In this document: positions 1-6,889 of the stretch, one piece after another
Position numbering within the stretch: position 1 is the first letter of the stretch
Layout of the letters: each line of letters starts with the position of its first letter
Source of the DNA: Bacteriovoracia bacterium
GTDB lineage: Bacteria; Bdellovibrionota; Bacteriovoracia; Bacteriovoracales; Bacteriovoracaceae
Direction of reading: 5' to 3'
DNA length: 12,670 nt
NCBI GenBank assembly: GCA_046570105.1
Contig: JBKHVI010000068.1
Coordinates: forward strand, 1-12,670
The notes under the pieces: model-generated
Told to the model about the DNA's origin: nothing
Database searches by the model: none
Seen by the model: only the letters and a program-made list of their open reading frames with translations
Position numbers and translations under genes: made by a program

Positions 1-1140
1 AGTCAGAAAATCTCCAATACCGCGGCCATAGATGGTGCCTGGCTTGAGACCTTTTACTTCAGAGGGTGCCATAATCATGATAATCGCCAAAGCAATCAAG
101 GCGACAAAGGCTTCAGCGAGCATCGCCCCATAACCCACACCATGCATGTCACATTCTTTATCAATTTGTTTTGAAGTGGTTCCGGAACAAACCAGGCCAT
201 GAAACCCCGAACATGCTCCACAGGCGATGGTCACAAAGAGAAACGGAAAAAGCGCGCCGCCGGTGGCGGGATTAAAGCTGGTAAAGGCCGGTTGTTGAAT
301 GGTGTAGTCACCAAAAAATAGTCCGATCACACCAATGGCCAAAGCAGAATATAGAACAAAGCCACCGAGATAGCCGCGTGGTTGCAAAAGCGCCCAAACA
401 GGAACAACAGAAGCGACTGCACAGTAGCCTAAGATTGCAAGGCCCCAGGTGAGTCCATCAAAAACAAACCAATGAGAGAAATAGGTGCCGGCCCAGCAAG
501 TGAGAAAAGTCAGCGGAACAAAAATCACCGTGATGAGCCATAGCGGTGGTTTTAAAAAGCGTTCAATAAAACCCAAGACGACTGAGAGAAGCATATAGCT
601 GATACTGGCCCAAGCGACCGCTCCACCCGGATGAAAGGCAAGATCAAGTCCCACCATTTCTTCTGGGCGAGTAGCAAAACTGCCGGCAGTGATATCGGTG
701 AAGGCAACAATAATATAGAGAAGGGAGATCCAGATGAATGCCATCATGGCACGTCCGGCGTTTTTGCCTAAAAGATTGCCGGTGATATCTGCAATTGAGT
801 TTCCACCATGGCGAACACTTAATGTCAGTGTCGAGAAATCATGAACCGCACCGATGGTGACAACTCCAAGAGAGATCCATAACAAACAAGGCAGCCAGCC
901 AAAGTGTTGGCAAGCGACGATGGGGCCAGCGATGGGACCGGCCGCTGCGATGGCCGAGAAGTGCTGAGCGAAAAGATAAAAAGGTTTGGTCGGAACAAAA
1001 TCTTGGCCATCTTCGTGAGTGTGGGCGGGAGTTTGTCTTTTGTTATCTAAACCAAATTGACGGGCCACCCAGCCACCGTAGAGATGGTAGCTCACGGCGA
1101 GGAAAACCATAAAGACGATGGCGATGAGAGGTAGACTCAT
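1..1140 (-). CDS. cstA: Carbon starvation protein A (CstA) family peptide/pyruvate transporter, 3'-truncated by window edge
   Basis: Not in the ORF track because it has no stop in the window. Manual translation from ATG at 1140 gives MSLPLIAIVFMVFLAVSYHLYGGWVARQFGLDNKRQTPAHTHEDGQDFVPTKPFYLFAQHFSAIAAAGPIAGP...GWLP..LW...GAVHDF...SVRHGG..I...PVWALLQPRGYL...LFPFLFVTIACGACSGFHGLVCSGTTSKQI...GYGAML.E, all hallmark CstA motifs. Frame is open to position 1. Confidence 0.95.
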   Translation of the reverse strand, partial: MSLPLIAIVFMVFLAVSYHLYGGWVARQFGLDNKRQTPAHTHEDGQDFVPTKPFYLFAQHFSAIAAAGPIAGPIVACQHFGWLPCLLWISLGVVTIGAVHDFSTLTLSVRHGGNSIADITGNLLGKNAGRAMMAFIWISLLYIIVAFTDITAGSFATRPEEMVGLDLAFHPGGAVAWASISYMLLSVVLGFIERFLKPPLWLITVIFVPLTFLTCWAGTYFSHWFVFDGLTWGLAILGYCAVASVVPVWALLQPRGYLGGFVLYSALAIGVIGLFFGDYTIQQPAFTSFNPATGGALFPFLFVTIACGACSGFHGLVCSGTTSKQIDKECDMHGVGYGAMLAEAFVALIALAIIMIMAPSEVKGLKPGTIYGRGIGDFLT

Positions 1141-1143
1141 AAT

Positions 1144-1392
1144 TTATTTTTTATCTTTGCGGCACTCACCGCGGTATTTGGTGTAGCCATCACGACAGAC
1201 CCAGTTATGGCCATCTTCAGTTAGTTTTGAATTTTTGGGAAGAGTCACCTTGATGCATTTTTCCCGTTCATAGCGATAACCATGATCACATTCCCAACCC
1301 CACAAGTTTTTAACCTTGTGGGCATTTTTAGGAATCTTTTGCGCATAACTCGCGACGCTCAAGAGCAGAAGGAGAAGCGCAAAATATTTCAT
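1144..1392 (-). CDS. Small secreted cysteine-rich repeat protein (signal peptide + two 31-aa PKN-x9-WxCxxGY-x6-C repeats), function unknown
   Basis: Sec signal peptide MKYFALLLLLLSVASYA/Q and an internal duplication. Start overlaps the OPT stop (ATGA, 1389-1392); stop is 3 nt from the cstA start. Confidence 0.85.
   Translation of the reverse strand: MKYFALLLLLLSVASYAQKIPKNAHKVKNLWGWECDHGYRYEREKCIKVTLPKNSKLTEDGHNWVCRDGYTKYRGECRKDKK
1156..1335 (-). repeat. Two-copy 31-codon intragenic tandem repeat (approx. 1249-1335 and 1156-1242)
   Basis: IPKNAHKVKNLWGWECDHGYRYEREKCIK vs LPKNSKLTEDGHNWVCRDGYTKYRGECRK: P21/P52, W33/W64, C35/C66, GY38-39/69-70 and C46/C77 are all at an exact period of 31. Confidence 0.85.
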
Positions 1393-3203
1393 TTTGAGGC
1401 CTTTTGTTTAAGGAACCAGGCCAAGGCCACCAATGATCCCACAGAGAGAACATCTTTGAGGATTTCAGGAACTCCGCCCACCGTGAGATCAACTCCCAAT
1501 GTGAGGAGGAGCGCAATCGCGACACCCATCAAAGATTCACCAGCAACGAGTCCTGAACTCATCAGTACACCTGGGTCATTGCCTTCTTCGCGATTAGGAT
1601 GTTGACGCTTAATCAACCAGTGAACAATACCGCCCAAAACCATGGGAGTCGCAAGTGTCACAGGTAGATAAATTCCCACCGCGATCGGCATGAGATGGAG
1701 ACGGAATTTTTTATTTTTCAAAAAGAGCTGATCAATGGCTATAACCAAAACACCAAGGCCCGCACCAATCCAGAGTTTGTCCATTGGCAACGTACCATCG
1801 CCAAAGATGGCTTTGGTGAGTGAGGCAAACAATGTCGCTTGAGGAGCTTTGAGTTTATCGCCGATACCGTAAGCGTTATGCAGAAGTGTCAGTGTCGGTG
1901 CAATAATGAAAGCAGGAATCACCACCCCAATCGCCTGAGCAATTTGTTGCGCACGAGGAGTGGCGCCAATGAGTGAGCCGGTTTTTAAATCTTGAGAGCA
2001 ATCTCCCGCTGCACAAGCAGCACAACAAACCACACCCGCAACACCCAGAGTGGCAAGAATAGCGGATTCACCACTAAATCCAAAAACTAAGAAAAGCGCA
2101 GACGTTCCCAAGAGGGCCGAGATAGTCATGCCTGAAACAGGATTATTCGATGAGCCAACAAGGCCCACGACATAACTAGAGACGGCAACAAACAAGAACG
2201 ACATCAACACCATGGCAATTGTGGTGACGATAGTCGCTCCCCAGGCACCAATCATTGATTGGTAGAGAAACATCATGACGATGATATTCAAAATGAGCAT
2301 GGTTCCGAGCACACCAGGTGAAAGATCACGTCGACCTTCTTTACTGCCGCCTAAGGCCTTCACACCTGAAACAAAACTTTTGCGCACACTGATGAGTGAC
2401 CACATACCACCGACGACCATGGCACCCACACCGATGTAGCGAACTTGTTTTGACCAAAGAGTCCAGGCGACATCCAGTGCTGCCGCATCTTCCATACCTG
2501 CCGGAATGCCCATGACTGGAATTGCAATACCCCAAGCAAAGACACCACCAGCTAATACTAACAAAGTGACTGGAAGACCGACGATGTAACCAACCGCTAA
2601 AAGCGCGGGAGAAATATCACCACCTAAAAACAGCGGAGTCTTGCCAGCAAAGAATGCTTTCTCAACGGTGCCTTTAAAAATACCAAGAGATGAAGAGAGA
2701 AATTTAAAAAGAGCAGCGATACCTAGGCCCTGCATAATGGCCTTGAAGCCACCATTATCACCTTCAGCGGCACCCGCTTTTAAAACTTGGGCGCACGCCA
2801 CGCCTTCTGGATAGATCAAATCTTTATCGTCTTCGATGAGGGCCTTTCTGAGCGGTACCATAAAGATGATACCAAGCAATCCACCACAGGCGGCGATCAA
2901 AGTCGTGGGCCAGAAGGCGAATTCATTCCACGCGCCCACAATCAAAAGGGCAGGCACGGTGAAGATCACACCGGCGGCGAGAGATTCACCTGCGCTCGCC
3001 ATGGTTTGCACAATATTGCTTTCCAGGATGGCGTCGTTACGACGAAGAATTCCGCGATAGACTCCCATCGCCAGAACACCCGCAGGAATCGAAGCGGAAA
3101 CAGTCATACCGGCATAAAGGCCCAAGTAAACAGTGGCGGCCGTCATAGCGATACCAATCAGAAGGCCCAGCCCGATTGAGGTGGGGGTCAATTCGCGTTT
3201 CAT
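1389..3203 (-). CDS. OPT-family oligopeptide transporter (bacterial OPT/YSL-like)
   Basis: Very hydrophobic ~604 aa protein with OPT motifs RELT, YLGLYAGMTVSASIP, ESNIVQTMASAGES, YPEGVACAQVL, GLVGSSNNPVSGMTI, QDLKTG.LIGATP..QQ, APQATL, SGLVAGESLMG. ATG 3203 is preferred over 3209 because AAGGA lies 5 nt upstream of it. Confidence 0.95.
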   Translation of the reverse strand: MKRELTPTSIGLGLLIGIAMTAATVYLGLYAGMTVSASIPAGVLAMGVYRGILRRNDAILESNIVQTMASAGESLAAGVIFTVPALLIVGAWNEFAFWPTTLIAACGGLLGIIFMVPLRKALIEDDKDLIYPEGVACAQVLKAGAAEGDNGGFKAIMQGLGIAALFKFLSSSLGIFKGTVEKAFFAGKTPLFLGGDISPALLAVGYIVGLPVTLLVLAGGVFAWGIAIPVMGIPAGMEDAAALDVAWTLWSKQVRYIGVGAMVVGGMWSLISVRKSFVSGVKALGGSKEGRRDLSPGVLGTMLILNIIVMMFLYQSMIGAWGATIVTTIAMVLMSFLFVAVSSYVVGLVGSSNNPVSGMTISALLGTSALFLVFGFSGESAILATLGVAGVVCCAACAAGDCSQDLKTGSLIGATPRAQQIAQAIGVVIPAFIIAPTLTLLHNAYGIGDKLKAPQATLFASLTKAIFGDGTLPMDKLWIGAGLGVLVIAIDQLFLKNKKFRLHLMPIAVGIYLPVTLATPMVLGGIVHWLIKRQHPNREEGNDPGVLMSSGLVAGESLMGVAIALLLTLGVDLTVGGVPEILKDVLSVGSLVALAWFLKQKASK

Positions 3204-3204
3204 A

Positions 3205-3231
3205 CACATCCTTTGTGAGATAAGTCCTTAT
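3205..3231 (-). promoter_or_regulatory. Tandem GGA-in-loop mini-hairpins in the OPT leader, the second overlapping the Shine-Dalgarno (candidate CsrA/RsmA sites)
   Basis: Minus strand reads ATAA-GGAC-TTAT ct CACA-AAGGA-TGTG t ATG. The second site resembles the CsrA consensus RUACARGGAUGU. Confidence 0.45.
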
Positions 3232-3232
3232 G

Positions 3233-3261
3233 ATTGCAACAATTCTGACAGGAAAAATCAA
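3233..3261 (-). promoter_or_regulatory. Candidate sigma70-type promoter for the OPT operon
   Basis: Minus strand TTGATT (3261-3256), 17 nt spacer, TGCAAT (3238-3233), preceded by an extended -10 TGn. Confidence 0.4.
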
Positions 3262-3324
3262 GCAATCTAGCGCGATTCCGATAAGAAACCTGAGAGAAAG
3301 TACCTTAAGCGGGGGAGAGAACCC

Positions 3325-4767
3325 ATGAGTCGACCATATTTGGCGCTATTTGTGCTCGTGCTACCGGTTTTGACACATGCGCAATCGAGTTCGGACGTAA
3401 GGCCGATTCTGCGTGATGTGATGGAGAATCTGCGAGTCTCAAACTGCATTGAGAAGATGGAGAAGGTCGAAAAAGTTTTTGTAAAACTTAAACCCGCCGA
3501 TTATCTGCAAGAGCTTGATACGCAAAAAGCGGAAGCCCTGGGTAAAGAGATCTGGGATTTTAAACTCAAAGTTCATGATCAATTGCGCGCCTTTCATCGC
3601 TCGGATCGTCTTGAGCGAGATTGCGCCAATGCTTATCGAGGCGCGCTGAGGGCCGTGCGCTATGCTGAAGACCTCGTGCAAGAACATCAGCTGCGAAATA
3701 ATATCGACAAGCTTGAGTTTCCCTCGACCGCTTATGCCGAAAACAATCCCCATGTAAAACGCAATCCAAAATTTGAAAACTTCAATTTGAAGTCTGATCT
3801 TAAAAGTGGTGATGTGCTTTTGACTCGCGGTAATGCCTATACCTCTTCGGCGATTGCTTCTTTGGGTGAGTTTGATACTCAGTTCTCACATTTGAGTCTC
3901 GTCTATGTTGATCCCAAAGGAAAAATTTGGACAGTTGAGGCGCATATTGAAGTGGGCTCATTTGTTCGTCCATTAGAGGATCACATCAAAGACAATAATT
4001 TCAGAATCATGATTTTTCGTCATGATGATCCAGAGCTCGCCAAGAAAGCGGCGGAGTATGCTTTCAATAAAGTCAAAACAGCATCTGATTCGAAGAAAGG
4101 TAATATCCTTTACGACTTTGGTTTTGATCCCATCGATAATGAGAAATTGTTTTGTTCAGAGATTATAAGTTGGGCCTATAAAGTAGCAAGTGATGGAAAA
4201 CTTTCAGTACCGATGTATCAGAGTCGTTTGCTATTACGAAAAGAGAGTTTCGTTCGCGATATTGGAATTACTGCCAATGAAAGTTTCATTCCGGCCGATA
4301 TGGAAATCGATCCACGTTTTGAGATTATTGCTGAATGGCGAGACGCAAATCGCATCAATGACAGTCATGAGAAAGATGCTGTACTTCAAGCAATGTTCAC
4401 TTGGGTGGATGAGTATGGTTACAAAATGAATCAGGCCTCAAGTCGCAACAGCTTGATCTATCGAAATATCGCTTGGCCTTTGCGTCGAGTACCGTTTCTA
4501 AAAAAATACTTTAAAGACAAGATGCCACTCAATATGTCACGTGAGCTGATTGGTTACTTTGGTGTGCTTGAAAGTATTGGAGAGTTGCTGCATAAAGAAC
4601 TCAAAGTCGCTAATGATAAGGCGATCAAAGAGCGTGGGTTGCCTCTTCTGCGCAATGAAAAATACAATGTTTTGGAAGAATATCGTTTGAAAGATTTGGG
4701 CTCTAAGAAAAAGCCTCTGCATAAGATGTTTGAGCCGCAGGCACCTAAAATGCCTCAGAAGTCTTAA
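3325..4767 (+). CDS. Secreted permuted papain-like NlpC/P60 cysteine hydrolase (YiiX/YebB/YaeF-like, peptidase C92) with N- and C-terminal extensions
   Basis: Signal peptide MSRPYLALFVLVLPVLTHA/Q. Motifs LKSGDVLLTRG, FSHLSLVY (His189), YDFGFD and LFCSEII.WAY (Cys277) with His before Cys, the circularly permuted order. GGGGAG RBS upstream. Confidence 0.85.
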   Translation: MSRPYLALFVLVLPVLTHAQSSSDVRPILRDVMENLRVSNCIEKMEKVEKVFVKLKPADYLQELDTQKAEALGKEIWDFKLKVHDQLRAFHRSDRLERDCANAYRGALRAVRYAEDLVQEHQLRNNIDKLEFPSTAYAENNPHVKRNPKFENFNLKSDLKSGDVLLTRGNAYTSSAIASLGEFDTQFSHLSLVYVDPKGKIWTVEAHIEVGSFVRPLEDHIKDNNFRIMIFRHDDPELAKKAAEYAFNKVKTASDSKKGNILYDFGFDPIDNEKLFCSEIISWAYKVASDGKLSVPMYQSRLLLRKESFVRDIGITANESFIPADMEIDPRFEIIAEWRDANRINDSHEKDAVLQAMFTWVDEYGYKMNQASSRNSLIYRNIAWPLRRVPFLKKYFKDKMPLNMSRELIGYFGVLESIGELLHKELKVANDKAIKERGLPLLRNEKYNVLEEYRLKDLGSKKKPLHKMFEPQAPKMPQKS

Positions 4768-5441
4768 CGAGGGCAGTGATTTTCTAAACGGTATTGCAGA
4801 TCTTCGACGACTTTTAATTTGAATGCTCGGGCCTCCTGTGGGAGGCCTTGTTTATAAACGGCTATATCAATCACTTCAAAATTCAATTTAATAGTTTTAA
4901 AAAGTCGGGGCATAAACTGACCCGGTGCTTGTACATGATGAAGACCACCACTCAGTGCAAGCAAAAGATAACCATCATTCATTTGCTCTAAGATATCAGC
5001 GATACCACCGCGAACGGTCATGGCCTTGCCGTCTTTATCAAGACCGGTAGGTCTTTTCATGCGGCCTTCGGGAGCAATGACAATTAATGAGTCATGATCC
5101 ATGCGCTTCATAAAGTGATTCCATGTCTCATCACGTTTGCGTGTGATAGTGGAGGCGTGGGGAATCATCAGTTTCCAAAAGCGTCCAACGATAGGTCGAT
5201 TGAAAGTCACATCGGCAGCGGGAGCGACCATCTTGTGAACAAAGCGCCAGACGAAACGAAAGGGCATCGCCTGTCCGAAGAGGGGTTCATAGAGAGAAGT
5301 GTGATTGAGGATAGCAACGATGCGAGTTTTTTCCCACACATCGTCTGGTTTGGGTGTTAGCCACTGCAACTCTAGACGATAGAAAATGTGTGAAAAAATC
5401 TTAACCAGCGCCACAATAAGAAAGCCTACGAAACTTCGCAT
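4764..5441 (-). CDS. PlsC/LPLAT-superfamily acyltransferase-like protein
   Basis: Motif I-like ILNHTSLYE, motif II-like TITRKRD, motif III-like IVIAPEGRM. ATG 5441 chosen; the track start is TTG 5459. Stop overlaps the convergent upstream gene's stop (TTAA 4764-4767). Confidence 0.8.
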   Translation of the reverse strand: MRSFVGFLIVALVKIFSHIFYRLELQWLTPKPDDVWEKTRIVAILNHTSLYEPLFGQAMPFRFVWRFVHKMVAPAADVTFNRPIVGRFWKLMIPHASTITRKRDETWNHFMKRMDHDSLIVIAPEGRMKRPTGLDKDGKAMTVRGGIADILEQMNDGYLLLALSGGLHHVQAPGQFMPRLFKTIKLNFEVIDIAVYKQGLPQEARAFKLKVVEDLQYRLENHCPR

Positions 5442-5468
5442 GCTCTCATTTTGGCCCAAGCTTAAGAT

Positions 5469-5537
5469 TTAGGCGAGGTAGTTTTGGATCAAAGTGCCGA
5501 GCAAAAGGCCCAGGCCCAAGATTAGGGTCAAATTCAT
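5469..5537 (-). CDS. Candidate 22-aa hydrophobic micro-protein MNLTLILGLGLLLGTLIQNYLA
   Basis: ATG 5537 to TAA 5469, with AAAGGA 7 nt upstream of the ATG and an extended -10-like TGCTATAAG further upstream. It has no charged residues and fills an otherwise empty intergenic gap. Confidence 0.5.
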   Translation of the reverse strand: MNLTLILGLGLLLGTLIQNYLA

Positions 5538-5573
5538 AAACACATCCTTTAATAGATGGGCTTATAGCATGAA

Positions 5574-5588
5574 CCTTAATTTTTAAGG
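5574..5588. repeat. Perfect inverted repeat CCTTAA-TTT-TTAAGG (possible operator)
   Basis: Read directly from sequence; lies just upstream of the putative -10 of the micro-ORF/acyltransferase unit. Confidence 0.4.
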
Positions 5589-5620
5589 GCGGGGCCTGTA
5601 AAAATTCCTAAGGGCCGATT

Positions 5621-5636
5621 GAAGTTTTGAAACTTC
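5621..5636. repeat. Inverted repeat GAAGTTT-TG-AAACTTC
   Basis: 7-2-7 palindrome about 30 nt downstream of the ychJ stop; no U-tract, so not a classical terminator. Confidence 0.4.
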
Positions 5637-5668
5637 CAGTTCCGATTGTCCTGTGAGTTTGAAGGCGC

Positions 5669-6178
5669 CTAAGCCGCAGCTCCACAGCACTTCTTGTATT
5701 TTTTGTTCGAGCCACAGCTGCAGGGGTCGTTGCGGCCGATTTTGGGTTCGAGGCGTTTGATGGGTTGGGCGCCGGCGATAATGCCTTCCTTGAACTTCCA
5801 TTTGCCATCGACTTTATGGAAAAGAGAGGTCTCTTTATGGACTAATTCTTTACCCGAGGCCTTATCGGTGTAGTGGGCCTCGAATTCGACGATACCGGTG
5901 GTATCCGCTGGGCCGCCTTTTTTGGTACCGACGATTTTGAGCCCGCGCCACTCGGCGCTTTCCGCCCATTTAGCAGCTTCCGCTTCATTAAATTCTTCGC
6001 CCATCTCTTGGGTCTGGGTAGCAGCGATATAAGGAATAGTTTGTTTAACATAGGCGCTATAGCGTGAGCGCATCAGGGCCTCAGGCGTTGAGGCATCGGC
6101 CTTGCCACTTAAAAGAGGGCCACAGCAAGCTTCAAAGCTCACGGGTTTTTCATCCATCACACGGCAAGGGCAAGTCAT
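5669..6178 (-). CDS. ychJ: YchJ (UPF0225) family protein with C-terminal SEC-C metal-binding motif
   Basis: CPC..CC.P N-terminus, [31 protein letters not shown]...DGKWKF..G, and [34 protein letters not shown] 5 nt upstream. Confidence 0.93.
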   Translation of the reverse strand: MTCPCRVMDEKPVSFEACCGPLLSGKADASTPEALMRSRYSAYVKQTIPYIAATQTQEMGEEFNEAEAAKWAESAEWRGLKIVGTKKGGPADTTGIVEFEAHYTDKASGKELVHKETSLFHKVDGKWKFKEGIIAGAQPIKRLEPKIGRNDPCSCGSNKKYKKCCGAAA

Positions 6179-6248
6179 ACAATCTCCTCAATTCACTTTT
6201 AAACGCTTTTATGGTGAAGTCTAAGACATAAGCTGTAAAGGAGAAGTG

Positions 6249-6857
6249 ATGTTATCTTCGCAATTGGCCGCCGTACTTCGTCGTTTGGATCATCCTTATA
6301 AAATTCAGGAATGGGTCTCGAAGTTCACCTATAATTCCGGGGACGAAACGCGCTCTGCGCTCAAGGCCTTTGAGGCCAAAAAGGCGCACTGCTTTGAAGG
6401 CGCTTTGTTGGCCTGCTTGGCCTTGGAGTATCACGGCGAGCCGCCCTATATGATGGATCTGCGCGGTTATGGTGACGATGATCATGTGGTCGCCTTGTTT
6501 AAGCTCAAAGGGAAGTGGGGTGCCATTAGTAAAACCAACACCACAGTACTGGATTTTAGACCAGCGCATTTTCGCGATCCCCATGAAGTCGCCATGAGCT
6601 ATTGGTGTATGTATTTCAATTGGCGCGGTAAGTACGCCATGAAAGATTTTGCGGGGCCGATTGATCTACGTAAATTTAAAAAGTTTGATTGGCGCTATGG
6701 TGAAAAAGATATGACCGATTTGGGTTGGTCGTTTAATCGCTTGAAGCACACCAAGCTGGCGACATCTTCAGAACTCGATAAATTACCTCGAGTACCTGAG
6801 CGCTTGAGACAAGCAGGATTTTTGGGATCTGATATGAAAGGCGTGCGCAAGTCCTAG
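6249..6857 (+). CDS. Uncharacterised transglutaminase-like (papain-fold) cysteine protein
   Basis: AHCFEGALLA (Cys at helix start), DDDHVVALF (His on a strand), GKWGAISKTN. AGGAG RBS 5 nt before ATG 6249; the track start is GTG 6246. Confidence 0.65.
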   Translation: MLSSQLAAVLRRLDHPYKIQEWVSKFTYNSGDETRSALKAFEAKKAHCFEGALLACLALEYHGEPPYMMDLRGYGDDDHVVALFKLKGKWGAISKTNTTVLDFRPAHFRDPHEVAMSYWCMYFNWRGKYAMKDFAGPIDLRKFKKFDWRYGEKDMTDLGWSFNRLKHTKLATSSELDKLPRVPERLRQAGFLGSDMKGVRKS

Positions 6858-6882
6858 CTTATCACTGGCCAGATGTTAAAAT
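6854..6882 (+). promoter_or_regulatory. Candidate promoter directly abutting the start codon (leaderless-type)
   Basis: CTAGCT-N17-TAAAAT with extended TGn, 7 nt before ATG 6890; no Shine-Dalgarno. Confidence 0.4.
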
Positions 6883-6889
6883 AGTCTCC

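Noticed and set aside
825..1010. 61-aa track ORF on the minus strand
   Set aside because: Out-of-frame shadow inside cstA, whose frame carries the family motifs.
1282..3261. Track ORFs 1282..1605, 1328..1525, 2341..2535, 2360..2548, 2787..3179, 2836..3060, 3037..3261
   Set aside because: Antisense or alternative-frame shadows of the OPT gene with no recognisable motifs.
3267..5360. Track ORFs 3267..3449, 3439..3753, 3566..3769, 4190..4429, 4537..4722, 5094..5360
   Set aside because: Overlap the well-supported hydrolase and acyltransferase genes; no independent coding signal.
5583..6584. Track ORFs 5583..5801, 5608..5808, 5842..6051, 5873..6067, 6252..6584, including the idea of a frameshifted ychJ extension
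   Set aside because: ychJ ends naturally after an intact SEC-C motif; the others are shadows of ychJ or the transglutaminase-like gene.
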